DNA from: Octopus vulgaris
Taxonomy: Eukaryota
NCBI GenBank assembly: GCA_951406725.2
Contig: OX597831.1
Location: 70,556,001 to 70,620,000 of the forward strand
Direction: 5' to 3'
Length of the DNA stretch: 64,000 nt
Shown here piece after piece: positions 39,423 to 51,973 of this stretch; within the stretch, counting starts at the first letter, position 1; the number at the start of each line of letters is the position of its first letter. The notes under the pieces were generated by a model. It worked only from the letters and a program-made list of their open reading frames with translations, made no database searches and was not told where the DNA came from. The position numbers and the translations under genes are program-made.

Positions 39423-40610
39423 TGTCTGTCTGTTAATTTATGCTTCTCTAAAGTTTCCATAGATATTCTCAGTTTTTGTTTTTATTGTAGAATTCCATAT
39501 AAAATTGTAGTGCAGTCAACTGAGTTTTCCAAGCTAATTTTTTTTTACTATACTCTATTATAATGAAGAGTGGGGACTTTTTGTTATAAATGCATGGTCA
39601 AGCAAAAAGCAAATTTCATATATTTATGTTTGATGTAGCAGGTTAAGTCATGAATTTTACAGGTTTCTCATTTACATTGAAATTTCCGTATTATGTTGGT
39701 TGTCTGAAATATATAGTATGGATTGCTAATCTTTGGTTTTGTATTGATGAGCAGGTTTTTTTTATTTCATTCTGGTGCTAGCTTAATACATTCTATGAGT
39801 TTGTGGTTAGCTGTGATTCATGTTATGTTTTTTTTGTTTTGTAAACATTTTAATGCCAAGTTCATCCATTCTGCAGACAGAGTGTTTTGGCTCTTGTAGC
39901 ATGCAATATGTGCAGTGTCTTGTGATGGGGAATGTCTTAAAACATTAATGGACTAATGGATTGAGGAAAGCTATTATTCCAAACTAAACATAAAGGACTA
40001 ATAAGGAAAAAAAAATGGAAAAACTCATACATGGTTATGTTTTTAATATAACATTAATTGAAAAAAAAAGGAACTGTTCCATGTTCAACAACACACACAA
40101 ACACATCTGTAGACCAAGCACATGTGAGAATGCTATAACTATTATCTAATAACAACCACTAAAATAGACAAGGGCATAGCAAAGTAGTCTCTTCTTTACA
40201 GTTTTTTTCTCTTTCATACTTTCATATTTTATTTGGGTGTTCCCCGTCTTTTATGCATCAAGCAAAAAAAAAAAAAGATTTGTTTTTCATGTTTTGTGAG
40301 AAATATAAGTTTCCACTTTTTGTTTATATGGATTCTAACTTTCCATCTTTCCATAGGTCTCTGTAAGTGTGTCTATGTGTGTGTAAGTATGTGTGTTCAT
40401 GTGCAGATACACACACACACATAAACACGCACGCACACACACACACACACACACAGGGAAATAGAAACAGAAAGAAGGATAAATATATACATATCCAGGA
40501 CAATTCACACCATACTGAATATATAACAAACATATATGCAATATAATCATATATATATATATATGTATATATATTATATGCATACATACATGTATATGTA
40601 TATATGAATT

Positions 40611-40656
<46 letters not shown>

Positions 40657-40847
40657 TGTGTGTGTATGTATATGTGTAGGCATATATATGTATATGCATA
40701 CATATACATGTGTATGCATGCACACTCACACACATACACACACAGTATATTATATCTATATTATCATAATTGTCCTTTTAATAACTTTTTTACAATGGCA
40801 CAGAGGATTTAAATGTGTATATGCATATATTTACTTTATATATATAT

Positions 40848-41057
40848 TCTTTTACTCTTTTACTTGTTTCAGTCATTTGACTGCGGCCATGCTGGAGCAC
40901 CGCCTTTGGTCGAGCAACTCGACCCTGGGACTTATTCTTTTGTAAGCCCAGTACTTATTCTATCGGTCTCTTTTGCTGAACCGCTAAGTGACGGGGACAT
41001 GAACACACCAGCATCGGTTGTCAAGCAATGCTAGGGGGGACAAACACAGACACACAA

Positions 41058-41110
<53 letters not shown>

Positions 41111-41275
41111 TACGACAGGCTTCTTTCAGTTTCTGTCTACCAAATCCACTCACAAGGCATTGGTTGGCCTGGGGCTATAGCAGAAGACACTTGCCCAAAA
41201 TGCCACGCAGTGGGACTGAACCCGGAACCATGTGGTTCGTAAGCAAGCTACTTACCACACAGCCACTCCTGCGCC
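40848..41275 (-). mobile_element. SINE family A
   Basis: Colinear with the other copies. Confidence 0.9.
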
Positions 41276-42061
41276 TAATATATATATATAATACATACAC
41301 ACCCACCCACATATACCACATATACATACATTTATATTATGTATATTATTTATATTACTGTTTGTCTTGTATGTGTGAGTGCATACGTAAGTATAAATAC
41401 ACACATATTTCTCTCTATATATGTGTGTGTGTGTGTGTAATGTATGCATGTGTGTGGGTGTCTGTGTGCATGTGTGTACATCCATATGTCTACATTTACC
41501 AACACAGATAATGACAAAAGAAAGAAAAGATGCAATATTAATATATCAATATTTGTATGCGCATGTTTATTTCACACAAACACACACATACAGACATACA
41601 CACAATATACATATACATATATATATATGCACACAAATACGTCAACACATTTACTCATACTTACAAACACACGTATACATGCACATATACACAGGCGTGT
41701 AAGAACAGAAATATAGAAACCATAGAAAGCCAATAGTTGAAATACATATTTTTCAGAAACATGAGAAATTATTTCTTCGGTTATAAAAGAAAAACAAATT
41801 CAATAAAACAGAACATACCGGAATAACCTGGAAACAGAGAAATATAAGAGAATGACATAGACTTTCTTATCGTTTCTATACTTCTTGGAGAATTCATCAT
41901 TATCATCAACATCATCATTGTTATTGTCCTTATTGTTATCGTTACCATCATTGTTATCATCGTTATTACAATCGCAAACATTTTCATCCTTATTATTATC
42001 CTTCAGCATCCACCCGGCACCACTAGTGTCGTCTTCATTGTCATTATTATCATTTTTTTTT

Positions 42062-42460
42062 TCTTTTACTTGTTTCAGTCATTTTTGACTGCGGCCATGC
42101 TGGAGCACCGCCTTTAATCGAGCAACTCGACCCCGGGACTTGTTCTTTTGTAAGCCCAGTACTTATTCTATCGGTCTCTTTTGCCGAACTGCTAAGTAAC
42201 GGGGACATAAACACACCAGCATCGGTTGTCAAACAATGCTAGGGGGACAAACACAGATACACAAACACACACACGCATATATATATATACATATATACGA
42301 TGGACTTCTTTCAGTTTCCGTCTACCAAATCCACTCACAAGGCATTGGTCGGCCCGGGGCTATAGCAGAAGACACTTGCTCAAGATGCCACGCAGTGGGA
42401 CTGAACCCGGAACCATGTGGTTGGTTAGCAAGCTACTTACCACACAGCCACTCCTGCGCC
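42062..42460 (-). mobile_element. SINE family A
   Basis: Colinear with the other copies. Confidence 0.9.
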
Positions 42461-43015
42461 TATTATTACCATTAACATATCCCCTGTCACGTTCATCATC
42501 ATTTGTGTATTATCATTACCTTTATTCCCATCAACTTAGTGCCATCATTGCCATAATCACTATTATATTGTCATTCACATCATCATCATCATCTGCATCA
42601 TTAGTTTATTGATTAATTCCAATAAAGAATGGCAAGGGAGACAAAATGGAGACTTTGACAGTACAGCAACAACTAATAATTTTTAATCGTATTAGCAATA
42701 CTCAGCAAAGTAATAAAGCTACCATTACTTACCAAAAGTAAAACTAATTTGGAGATTTATCGTGTTTTAGTGAACTAACATTGGTTGTTAGGACAACTTA
42801 AAATGACAAGTAATGAAATATCAAGGCACACTTTTGCAAGGAAAACAAACAGCAAAAGGAATTGAGTGATTTGGCAAGAGAGCAGTGATGCTCTGAAATA
42901 AAAAAAAAAAAAAATAGTACTTCAGATGTAATCATACAAAAGACATGAAATAAATACCAGGCTAATTTATTAATATTATGCTTCAAACCAAAGTGACAAT
43001 CTGGCAGAATTGTTA

Positions 43016-43398
43016 GGCATTAGAGTGGCTGTGTGGGAAGTAGCTTGCTTACCAACCACATGGTTCCAGGTTCAGTCCCACCGCAGGGCAACTTGGGCTA
43101 GTATCTTCTACTATAACCTCGGGCTGACCAGAGCCTTGTGAGTGGATTTAGTAGATGAAAACTGAAAGAAGCCCATCGTATATATGTGTGTGTGTGTCTG
43201 TGTTTGTCCTCCCAACATCACTTGACAACCGATGCTGGTGTGTTTACGTCCTGGTAACTTGGTGGTTTGGCAAAAGAGACTGAAAGAATAAGTAGTAGGC
43301 TTACAAAGAATAAGTCCTGCGGTCGATTTGCTCGACTAAAGGCGGTGCTCCAGCATGGCCACAGTCAAATGACTGAAACAAGTAAAAGACTAAAGAGT
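43016..43398 (+). mobile_element. SINE family A
   Basis: Colinear with the other copies. Confidence 0.9.
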
Positions 43399-44225
43399 GT
43401 GCCAGGCAAAATGCTTAGAGGCATTTCATATGTCCTCATGTTTAGAGTTCAAATATTTGGTTTTCTATTCTATCTTTTCGTGACAAGAAAATAAACTCAC
43501 AAATGCAAATCTCATGTCCCCTGATTTGGTATAGAATAATGTTGGCTTCAACTGGTCGTACTGGGCCATCATAAAAAGCAGTGTCAACTCAAACATCCAA
43601 ATTTGTGTCCAGTCAGAATATATTAAAAAATTTCATTAAGAAAATGATATCAAGAGTCATCATCATTGTGTGTAAGTGTCAACTGTCCAACCCATGACAG
43701 CATGGAAAAAGAACATTAAATACTGCTGATGCTGTTGTTGGTGATGATGATAATGATATATATGTGTTTGTGGATGTGTAAGGGCCTCTGTATATATGGG
43801 TAATCATAGAATGTACACACCTGGATAAGGTATTCTGAGGGAAGCCAAGCAGTTACTCATGGATACTAGTTTTCACACTGCTAATGTTGTTCAAGGGAAA
43901 GATTCTGACTTTAGGGGTGATAAACCTTCACCACTGTCTGATACCAAGTGTTGCTGTCAGAGTACAAAGGTCTGGACACACATCACGTTTGATACTCCGT
44001 CAGCTCTGTCAAACCATCACCTTGGTGGGACACCTTTGTAATTAATCCCAAGGGCATAAAAGGCAGAGTTAACATTAGCAGAACAGCAATGTTCTGAACT
44101 CAGAGTGCAAAGAGTCAAAACATTGCTATCAGCCATTCAATCCAACACTCTAACTCATTTGTGTGTTTATGCATGTGTGTATGTATGTATATACTTATAT
44201 ACATGTATATATTTATACATATATA

Positions 44226-44473
44226 GGTTGGCATGTTAAAAGCACCAACCGATCATGGCTGATGCCAGACTCCCCTGGCACCTGTGCCGGTGGCACGTAA
44301 AAAGCACCCACTACACTCACGGAGTGGCTGGTGTTAGGAAGGGCATCCAGCTGTAGAAACACTGCCAGATCAGACTGGAGCCTGGTGCAGCCCTGGCTTC
44401 CCAGACCCCGGTCGAACCATCCAACCCATGCTAGCGCGGTAAAACGGATGTTAAATGATGATGATGATGATGA
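44226..44473 (+). mobile_element. RTE 3'-UTR fragment (2 units)
   Basis: RTE tail with (GAT)n. Confidence 0.85.
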
Positions 44474-44484
44474 TATATATATAT

Positions 44485-45657
44485 ATCATCATCATCATCA
44501 TCGTTTAGCGTCCGTTTTCCATGCTAGCCTGGGTTGGACGGTTCAACTGGGGTCTGTGAAGCCAGAAGGCTTCATCAGGCCCAGTCAGATCTGGCAGTGT
44601 TTCTACGGCTGGATGCCCTTCCTAACGCCAACCACTCCGTGAGTGTAGTGGGTGCTTTTTACGTGCCACCGGCACAGGTGCCAGACAGAGCTGGCAAACG
44701 GCCACAAATGGGTGGTGCTTTTTATGTGCCACTGGCACGGGGGCCAGGCGAGGCTGGCAACGGACACGAACGGATGGTGCTTTTTACGTGCCACCGGCAC
44801 GAGGCCAGTCGGGGCGGCGCTGGCAACGGTCGCGAACGGATGGTTCTCTTACATGCCACCGGCACTGGTAACACATCTGCAATTTCCATTGATCAATTTC
44901 GATTCTGATCCTCACTTACCTCAACAGGTCTTCACAAGTAGAGTTTTGTGTCCCAAGAAGGGAAGGTATGCATACGTAGGCTGGCTCCATCCCATGTAGA
45001 AGGCCACGGGTTATGGACTCACTTGTCCTGCCGGGTCTTCTCGCGCACAGCACACTTTCAGAGGTCTCAGTCTCTAGTCATTTCCTCAGTGAGACCTAAA
45101 GTTCGAAGGTCGTGCTTCACCACCTCGTCCCAGGTTTTCCTGGGTCTGCCTCTTCCGCAGGTTCCCTCAACCGCTAGGGTGTGGCACTTTTTCACACAAC
45201 TATCTTCATCCATTCTCACCACATGACCATACCAGTGCAAATGTCTCTCTTGCACACCACAACTGATGCTTCTTAGGTCCAGCTTTTCTCTCAAGGTACT
45301 TACACTCAGCCGAGTATGAGTACTGACATTACACATCCATCGGAGCATACTGGCTTCATTTCTTGCGAGCTTACACATATCCTCAGCAGTCACGGCCCAT
45401 GTTTCACTGCCATGTAGCATGGCTGTTCGTACACATGCATCATACAGTCTGCCTTTTACTCTGTGCGAGAGGCCTTTTGTCACCAGCAGAGGTAAGAGCT
45501 CTCTGAACTTTGCCCAAGCTATTCTTACTCTAGCAGTTATACTTTCAGCACACCCGCCCCCGCTGCTGACTTGGTCACCTAGGTAATGGAAACTATCAAC
45601 TATTTCTAGTTTTTCTCCCTGGAATGTGACGGAAGTTGGTCTCAGAGCATTTTCAGT

Positions 45658-45660
<3 letters not shown>
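44485..45660 (-). mobile_element. 5'-truncated RTE LINE, tail-to-tail with the previous copy
   Basis: EIVDSFHYLG...KGRLYDACVRTAMLHGSETW...LHWYGHV...GRPRKTW; 3' UTR with 4 units. Confidence 0.92.
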
Positions 45661-45700
<40 letters not shown>

Positions 45701-45767
45701 AATTGTTTGCATAATAAGATAAAAAAGCCAAGGCTGTGTAGATATTAGAGCATTTATAGATAGAAGG

Positions 45768-45817
45768 TCTTACTGCTGTTTCTAGGATATTTATTAATAA
45801 TATCCCTTCATTGGAGA
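45768..45817 (-). ncRNA. degenerate minimal hammerhead
   Basis: Minus strand TCT-CCAATGA-AGGGATATT-ATTAATA-AATATCCTA-GAAA-CAGCAG-TA-AGA; ~70 nt from (TA)n. Confidence 0.5.
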
Positions 45818-46418
45818 TGGTGTGAGAGGATAGTTAAGTCATAATTTAGATGTGATACAAAATAGAGAGTGAGGTGGATGAAAGAAAATAGATGCAAGAT
45901 ATATATGGGTATTGAAGTTGAGAATCCATTTTTTAGGTATAATGGTATATATACAATATTCCAATATCCTATGAGTAAAGTCCAAAAGTTCAACAGAGTT
46001 TAAAATGGGTTCTTCCAAATATAGAGTTCATACAGAATGTAAGATTCCCTTATGAGTGAGATCCAACAGATTATAAAACTTGGTCATTCCCAGCAGATAT
46101 TTTATATATATAAAAACTTACGGTTAGCAAAAGTTGGGATGCGTGAGCGTTCATCTACTCAATAGATGAAAAATGTATTAAATACTAAAAAACTGCCCTA
46201 TATAAATTACATTTATGCAAGTAAACTTACGTAATATTTTAATAGTGAAATATGTATGCAAATGATCCATAATTTTATTGCTTTTTCTTTTGTCTTGCTC
46301 GATTACGTTTTGGTTGTTTGGCTAAATTTTTCTTGAGTGGTAAGACCATAGCGGATCTATTTCTAGCATAAGGGTGTCCACATAGTGGTTTCCCTCTAAT
46401 ATGCATATATATATATAT

Positions 46419-46638
46419 ATATATAAAAAAGGAAATGAAGAAAATGCTGACAAATAATTGAAGTAATTTAAGTAATTTAATTAGGTGAAAGTTCTTTTAC
46501 GGTTGCGCATTTGTTATGCTTATCAAAATATGATAAGCATAACAAATGCGCAACCGTAAAAAGAACTTTCACCTAATTAAATTACTTAAATTACTTCAAT
46601 TATTTGTCAGCATTTTCTTCATTTCCTTTTTTATATAT
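46419..46638. repeat. near-perfect 220-bp fold-back flanked by (TA)n
   Basis: ~107-bp arms with one 1-nt indel and a 5-nt loop; each arm starts with a decayed hammerhead TGATAA-GCAT-AACAA-ATGC-GCAA-CCG-TA. Confidence 0.85.
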
Positions 46639-46667
46639 CACCACTCGTGTTCGACATCTCCTTTTTT

Positions 46668-46720
<53 letters not shown>

Positions 46721-46859
46721 ATTTGTGTGTGCATATAAGTGCGTGTGTGTGTGAATGTGTGTGTGTGTGTATATATATATGTAAGAATATATATATATAT
46801 ATATCTGTAGTTGAGATATATCACGTCCACTTGAGCCATTTAGCAACTGTTTTAACACC

Positions 46860-47043
46860 CAGTTGTAGTGTTTCAGGAGCTGTGTTATGTAGCTTCTATT
46901 TGGTCAAAATCCATGCTGGGTGTCAGTCAGCAAGTCATTTTCTTCATGGAACACAATTAGTTTCTTGCAGACTATTCATCCCAGGAATCCTGAGGAATGC
47001 CAACCAATAACAAACCTTCGAGAAGATACAAGAAAAATAGAAG

Positions 47044-47081
<38 letters not shown>

Positions 47082-47094
47082 AATAATAATAGTG

Positions 47095-47137
<43 letters not shown>

Positions 47138-48070
47138 TAATAATGATGATAATGTACTAACATGTAAAGAAAGTATTGAAAAAAGACAGATAAATCCAAA
47201 ACTGTGCTATGGTTGCAGAGACCTGCATTTTAATAAAAATTGCCCCTTTAACGATAAAAAATGTTTTAAGTGCAGTAATATTAGGCATAGACAGTCAAAA
47301 TACTGGTTGAAGAAAAATGTAAAAAATGAGAAACCAAAATATGTCTACTCAACAGAAATAAGTTATACCACAGAAAACCAAAAATCTGTGTAGGTTTAAA
47401 TAAATGGTTGTCAGATGAAAATGCAATTAGATACCATTTCAGACGTATCCATAATTTATACAGCAACAGGGATTAAGATAGGAAGGCTGATATATGAAGA
47501 AAACACTACAATAGCTCACAATGTGTCAGGAGAACAAGTTCAATTCTTGGGCAAAATTTTGCCAGAAATAAAACTTAAAGAAATGATGTGGAAAAGTAAA
47601 ATAGGAGCAGGAGTGGCTGTGTGGTAAGTAGCTTGCTTACGAACTACATGGTTCTGGGCTCAGTCCCACTCTGTGGCACCTTGGGCAAGTGTCTTCTACT
47701 ATAGCCTTGGGCTGACCAAAGCCTTGTGAGTGGATTTGGTAGATGGAAACTGAAAGATGTCCATCAAATATATATGTGTGTGTGTGTATATATGTATGTG
47801 TCTGTGTTCCCCTCCCCCGCCAACATTGCTTGACAACCGATGCTGGTGTGTTTACATCCCCATAACTTAGCAGTTCAGCAAAAGAGATTGATAGAATAAG
47901 GACTAGGTTTCCAAAGAATAAGTCCTGGGGTCGATTTGCTCAACTAAAGGCGGTGCTCCAGCATGACCACGTTCAAATGACTGAAACAAGTAAAAGAGTA
48001 AAAAGAGTAATTATAATTAAGGGCATAAAGGAGACCATGCCTATGCTTAAAATAGATGCTAAAGCGTCAA
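46860..48070 (+). mobile_element. Gypsy gag-protease remnant
   Basis: CYGCRDLH...CPF..KKCFKC...H double knuckle; KMQLDTISDVSII protease motif; interrupted by a (CAA/TAA)n tract and a SINE. Confidence 0.8.
47604..48009 (+). mobile_element. SINE family A
   Basis: Colinear with the other copies. Confidence 0.9.
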
Positions 48071-48149
48071 ATTACAAGGTCTATATTATACGCTGGCCCG
48101 TCTTTAGAGATTTTATCCTTTATTTTTTACAATTGTATAAACATAGATG

Positions 48150-48183
<34 letters not shown>

Positions 48184-48433
48184 ATCTCTTATCTTCCTTC
48201 TGGCAAAATGTTTTCAGTGATGAGCGCACCCCATCCTTTTTTCATTATTTTCCCCATCCTAAAACTGATATCTTGGAGAAGTCACCATTCTTGAACTCAT
48301 GTCAATAGGTATACAATAGTGAATTACTAAATAAATAAATGAATAAATGGTAAATACATTCCAAATTGAGAAGAGAATCCCTCCCTCCTCCCTCTCTTTA
48401 CCTATCTATCTGTCTCTCTATCTATCAATCTAT

Positions 48434-48492
<59 letters not shown>

Positions 48493-48744
48493 CCTGTCTA
48501 TCTATCTATCAATCTCCATTGTCCTGGAACCTCACCCATAAAAACAAACAATAAAACAAAAACAATGTTCTCCGCTTCTAAACAAAACAAAAAAAACATT
48601 TGATTTATATAAATGAACAACCTATTTACACATTCACAATATTATTTGACAAGTCTGAATAAGGAAAAAATAAAAAGCTTTTTTCCCAAAATTCTGGTGA
48701 CCTTTTTCTCTTAATATATATATATATATAGCAAATATATATAT

Positions 48745-49100
48745 AGCAAAGGAATGACAGAAGATGGAATATACGAGAATTTATTGGTTATCACAACAAT
48801 TGTTTCAACACATCTAGCATTGATTCTTCTTGCATGGGATACTCAACAACTGGTTCAGGAGCATCCAGTGGTGCAGATGTTTCTCATCAGGTGATAAATA
48901 AATACAACTCATTAAAATGACTGTTCCGCGATGTAACTTTCCATTTTGTATAGAGAAAAGCAGCCAGATGGGGGAAATACCTTCCTTTGTATAGAAGATC
49001 AAAAGTAAAATCACAGATGGCAAAAAGAGAAATGTACAGGCACTCCAATGAGAAGAGTATTAAAAATAACCGTTAACAGATATGGATGTATAAACGTCCT
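48745..49100 (-). mobile_element. non-coding hammerhead-bearing element, homologous to 2430-2910
   Basis: Colinear similarity; abuts (TA)n; followed by a short RTE tail at 49108-49240. Confidence 0.6.
48788..48897 (-). ncRNA. type I hammerhead ribozyme with extended branched stem II
   Basis: Minus strand TTATCAC-CTGATGA-[GAAACATCT GCA...GGATGCTC/GAGTATCC...TGC T AGATGTGTT]-GAAA-CAATTG-TT-GTGATAA; perfect 7-bp stem I. Confidence 0.75.
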
Positions 49101-50843
49101 TGGGCAAGCTGCATCCAGCTGTAGAAACATTGCCAGATCAGATTGGAGCCTGGTGTAGCCGCTGGCTCTCCAGACCTCAGTCAAACCATCCAACCCATGC
49201 CAGTATGGAAAACAGACGTTAAACGATGATGTTGATGATATATACATATATATATATGAATATATATAGGTATGAATAATATGTATGTTTAAATATATAT
49301 ATGCATGCAGAAACACCTACACACATTCACACATACATATATATGGTGAAAATGTTTAAAAATCTATACAAATTACATCATGTAAGAAAGAATAAAAGTA
49401 AACTGGTTTCAATCGTGGCTGGGGATTTTCACAATCACTAAATGTTTCGATCGAGTTTCCTTAAATGTTTTTACATAATTTCAAAGTTAATAAAGAACAA
49501 AATAAACCAAGAATATTTACAGGTTATTTCCATAACGATAATGGAGTCATATTTCTGAATGTAAATACATTGATATCCAGGTCACTAAATGTTATTTCAC
49601 GAAATGGTTTTTACATAACTTCAAAACCAATATGAACAAAATAATCAATAGTCACAAGTCCTTACATAATAGTAATGGCATCGTGTTTCTGAATGCATCA
49701 TGTGTTACAGGAAAGTTTTTTCAGTTTTAATTTAGTTGCATAAAGTATGTAATAAATGTATATCAGTTAAAAGAATGCCTTTAATTTTGACTAATATTTG
49801 TTTATATATTGCATTTCTTAATACATTTATTGTTCTGTTGTTGGATTTCTTCACAGACAAAGAGGAGAAATAGTATAAAATTTCTGCCATAATTTTCAAT
49901 ATGTTGGCTTTAAGGAAATTTTCTTGAGTATGGTTGGCTAAGTTTGTTGACAGTGTAGTGTCGTTAGTCTATGGAGTTTGGGGAAAGTGTGGCCAATATA
50001 ATGTTCTCGGCAACTTTTACATGTTTAAATATATGTACTAATTTTTCAGAACACCATACAAGTTATTTTTAATTTTGAAAGTATGTCCTTTGTCATATTA
50101 GATGTTTTTCAATGACTCTTTCCATCTTTTGGTTCCAAAGAAATATGGGTTGATTTTCATGAACCCTTGCAAAGACTTCAATGTTTTGAGGTTAAAGATT
50201 GAGGTAAACGAAATAACAGTATTTTGACATTTGTGGATTGTTTCTCAAAGTCTCTGAAAGTCAATATTTTTTGCTTTCTGAATTCCATTGTTAATTAAAT
50301 TAAAAGGCTTTTTTTTTTTCACCTGTATTTCCTTCATTTTCTTTAGTCTGCAATTTCTTGTTAAATGATTCAAGACTAAAATGCAGATTCATTTCACTAA
50401 GTCATAAAGGTATATTAACTTAAATATAATATGAATAGTAGACGTTTACTACAGTAGATGTCTGTTTCAGATTTTTCATTTAACTCTCACATAACTAACA
50501 AAGTTATTTCCAAATACATGAGAGAATTGATCATAGATTTTTAATTCATAATATCCCCAAAATATGTTCAGATCTATTAACCATAGCTGTACTTGACTTT
50601 TGTTGATAGGTTGTCTCGCCAAACATGAAATAATTATTTTCTAAAATAAATTGAAGTCCACTTGTAATAAATTCGTCCTCAGTGCAGTCTGGTAATTTAT
50701 CAATAAATAAGCCTAGCCAGTATTTATTAGCTTTGATTCTGTAATTGTGTGGAATACAACTATATAACTTCACAACATCAAACAAAGTAATATAAGTATT
50801 TTCATTTACTGTATTTGATAGATTGTCGGGCATATCAATATCA

Positions 50844-51241
50844 TCTTTATATATAAAAGAGAAGTTGTGTGTCTGTCTCCTACGATTTAGATTCCTAACT
50901 ACTCCCATATTTTGCGGTGCAGTTTAACCAAAAGCGGGTATCTTATAGTCGTGATTCATATCAAGCTCTTCTGAGTATTAGCGCGCGTCTACGATGAGTC
51001 TACGATTTAAAAAAAAAATTACCATAATTTTTTTCCATTTTAATGCATTTTTTCGCTATTATATAAGGGAAGTAACTCTCTAAAAATGTCTACGATGAGT
51101 CAACGATTTAAAAAAAAATTTACCATAATTTTTTTTCCATTTTTAATGCATTTTTTTGCTATTTTTTGGCTATACCTCTCTAAAAATGCTTATATAGTTA
51201 TTTCCCTTACAAACCCGAGCAACGCCGGGCGATACTGCTAG
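50844..51241 (+). mobile_element. non-autonomous Helitron
   Basis: A|TC...hairpin...CTAG|T with no TSD; removing it restores the Penelope frame SFIKD-DIDM. Confidence 0.9.
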
Positions 51242-51654
51242 TCTTTTATAAAGCTGTGTATGTGTTATAGGAATGGTTTCAGCAAGATGTCTATAAAATT
51301 AATGAAGGGATGCATCTTGGATGTTGGGGACTACCACAATGGGTGTCAATTTTAAACTATTCAGAGAGGGTGTATTCACATGACTAGTTCTCATCCTTTT
51401 CCATGCTTCAGCAATCAATTTAAGTTATTGATTTTTGATAATCCCTAAGATGTTACTCATTTTATATTTCAAATTTATAAGATAATCTATTCCCCTTGTA
51501 ATTGCAAAATATTTTTTAAAAAACATTATTTGCACAGTGTACAGCATGGAATAAAATGTTTTTCATCTAAGTATAATAAAGTAGTAAGTTGTTTCATAAC
51601 TAGGTTTGTAATTTCTGATTTCCTCATAATACATATTATTCCATACCACAAAAG

Positions 51655-51973
51655 GGTAAAAACCTCCTTTGGTCACAAATGACAATGGGATTGCACCTGG
51701 AAAGTTCTACTCTGATGCACAAGTCTGGGAAAGGTTGTTTATGGAAGATCAGTAGTTTCTCATGCATGCCACTGATGTTATCCAAGGGAAAGGCAAAAAG
51801 CTGATACAGCTTGGTACCAGTGATGTCGCAACTCATTTCTAAAGCTGAGCGAACTGGAACAATGTGAAATAAAGTGTCTTGCTCAAGAACGCAACACACA
51901 GCCCAGTCAGGTACTGAACTCACTACCTCGTGATTGTGAGCCCAACAGTCTAACCACTGAGCCATGTGCCTTC
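51655..51973 (-). mobile_element. tRNA-derived SINE family B
   Basis: Reverse-complement homolog of 26234-26566. Confidence 0.85.
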
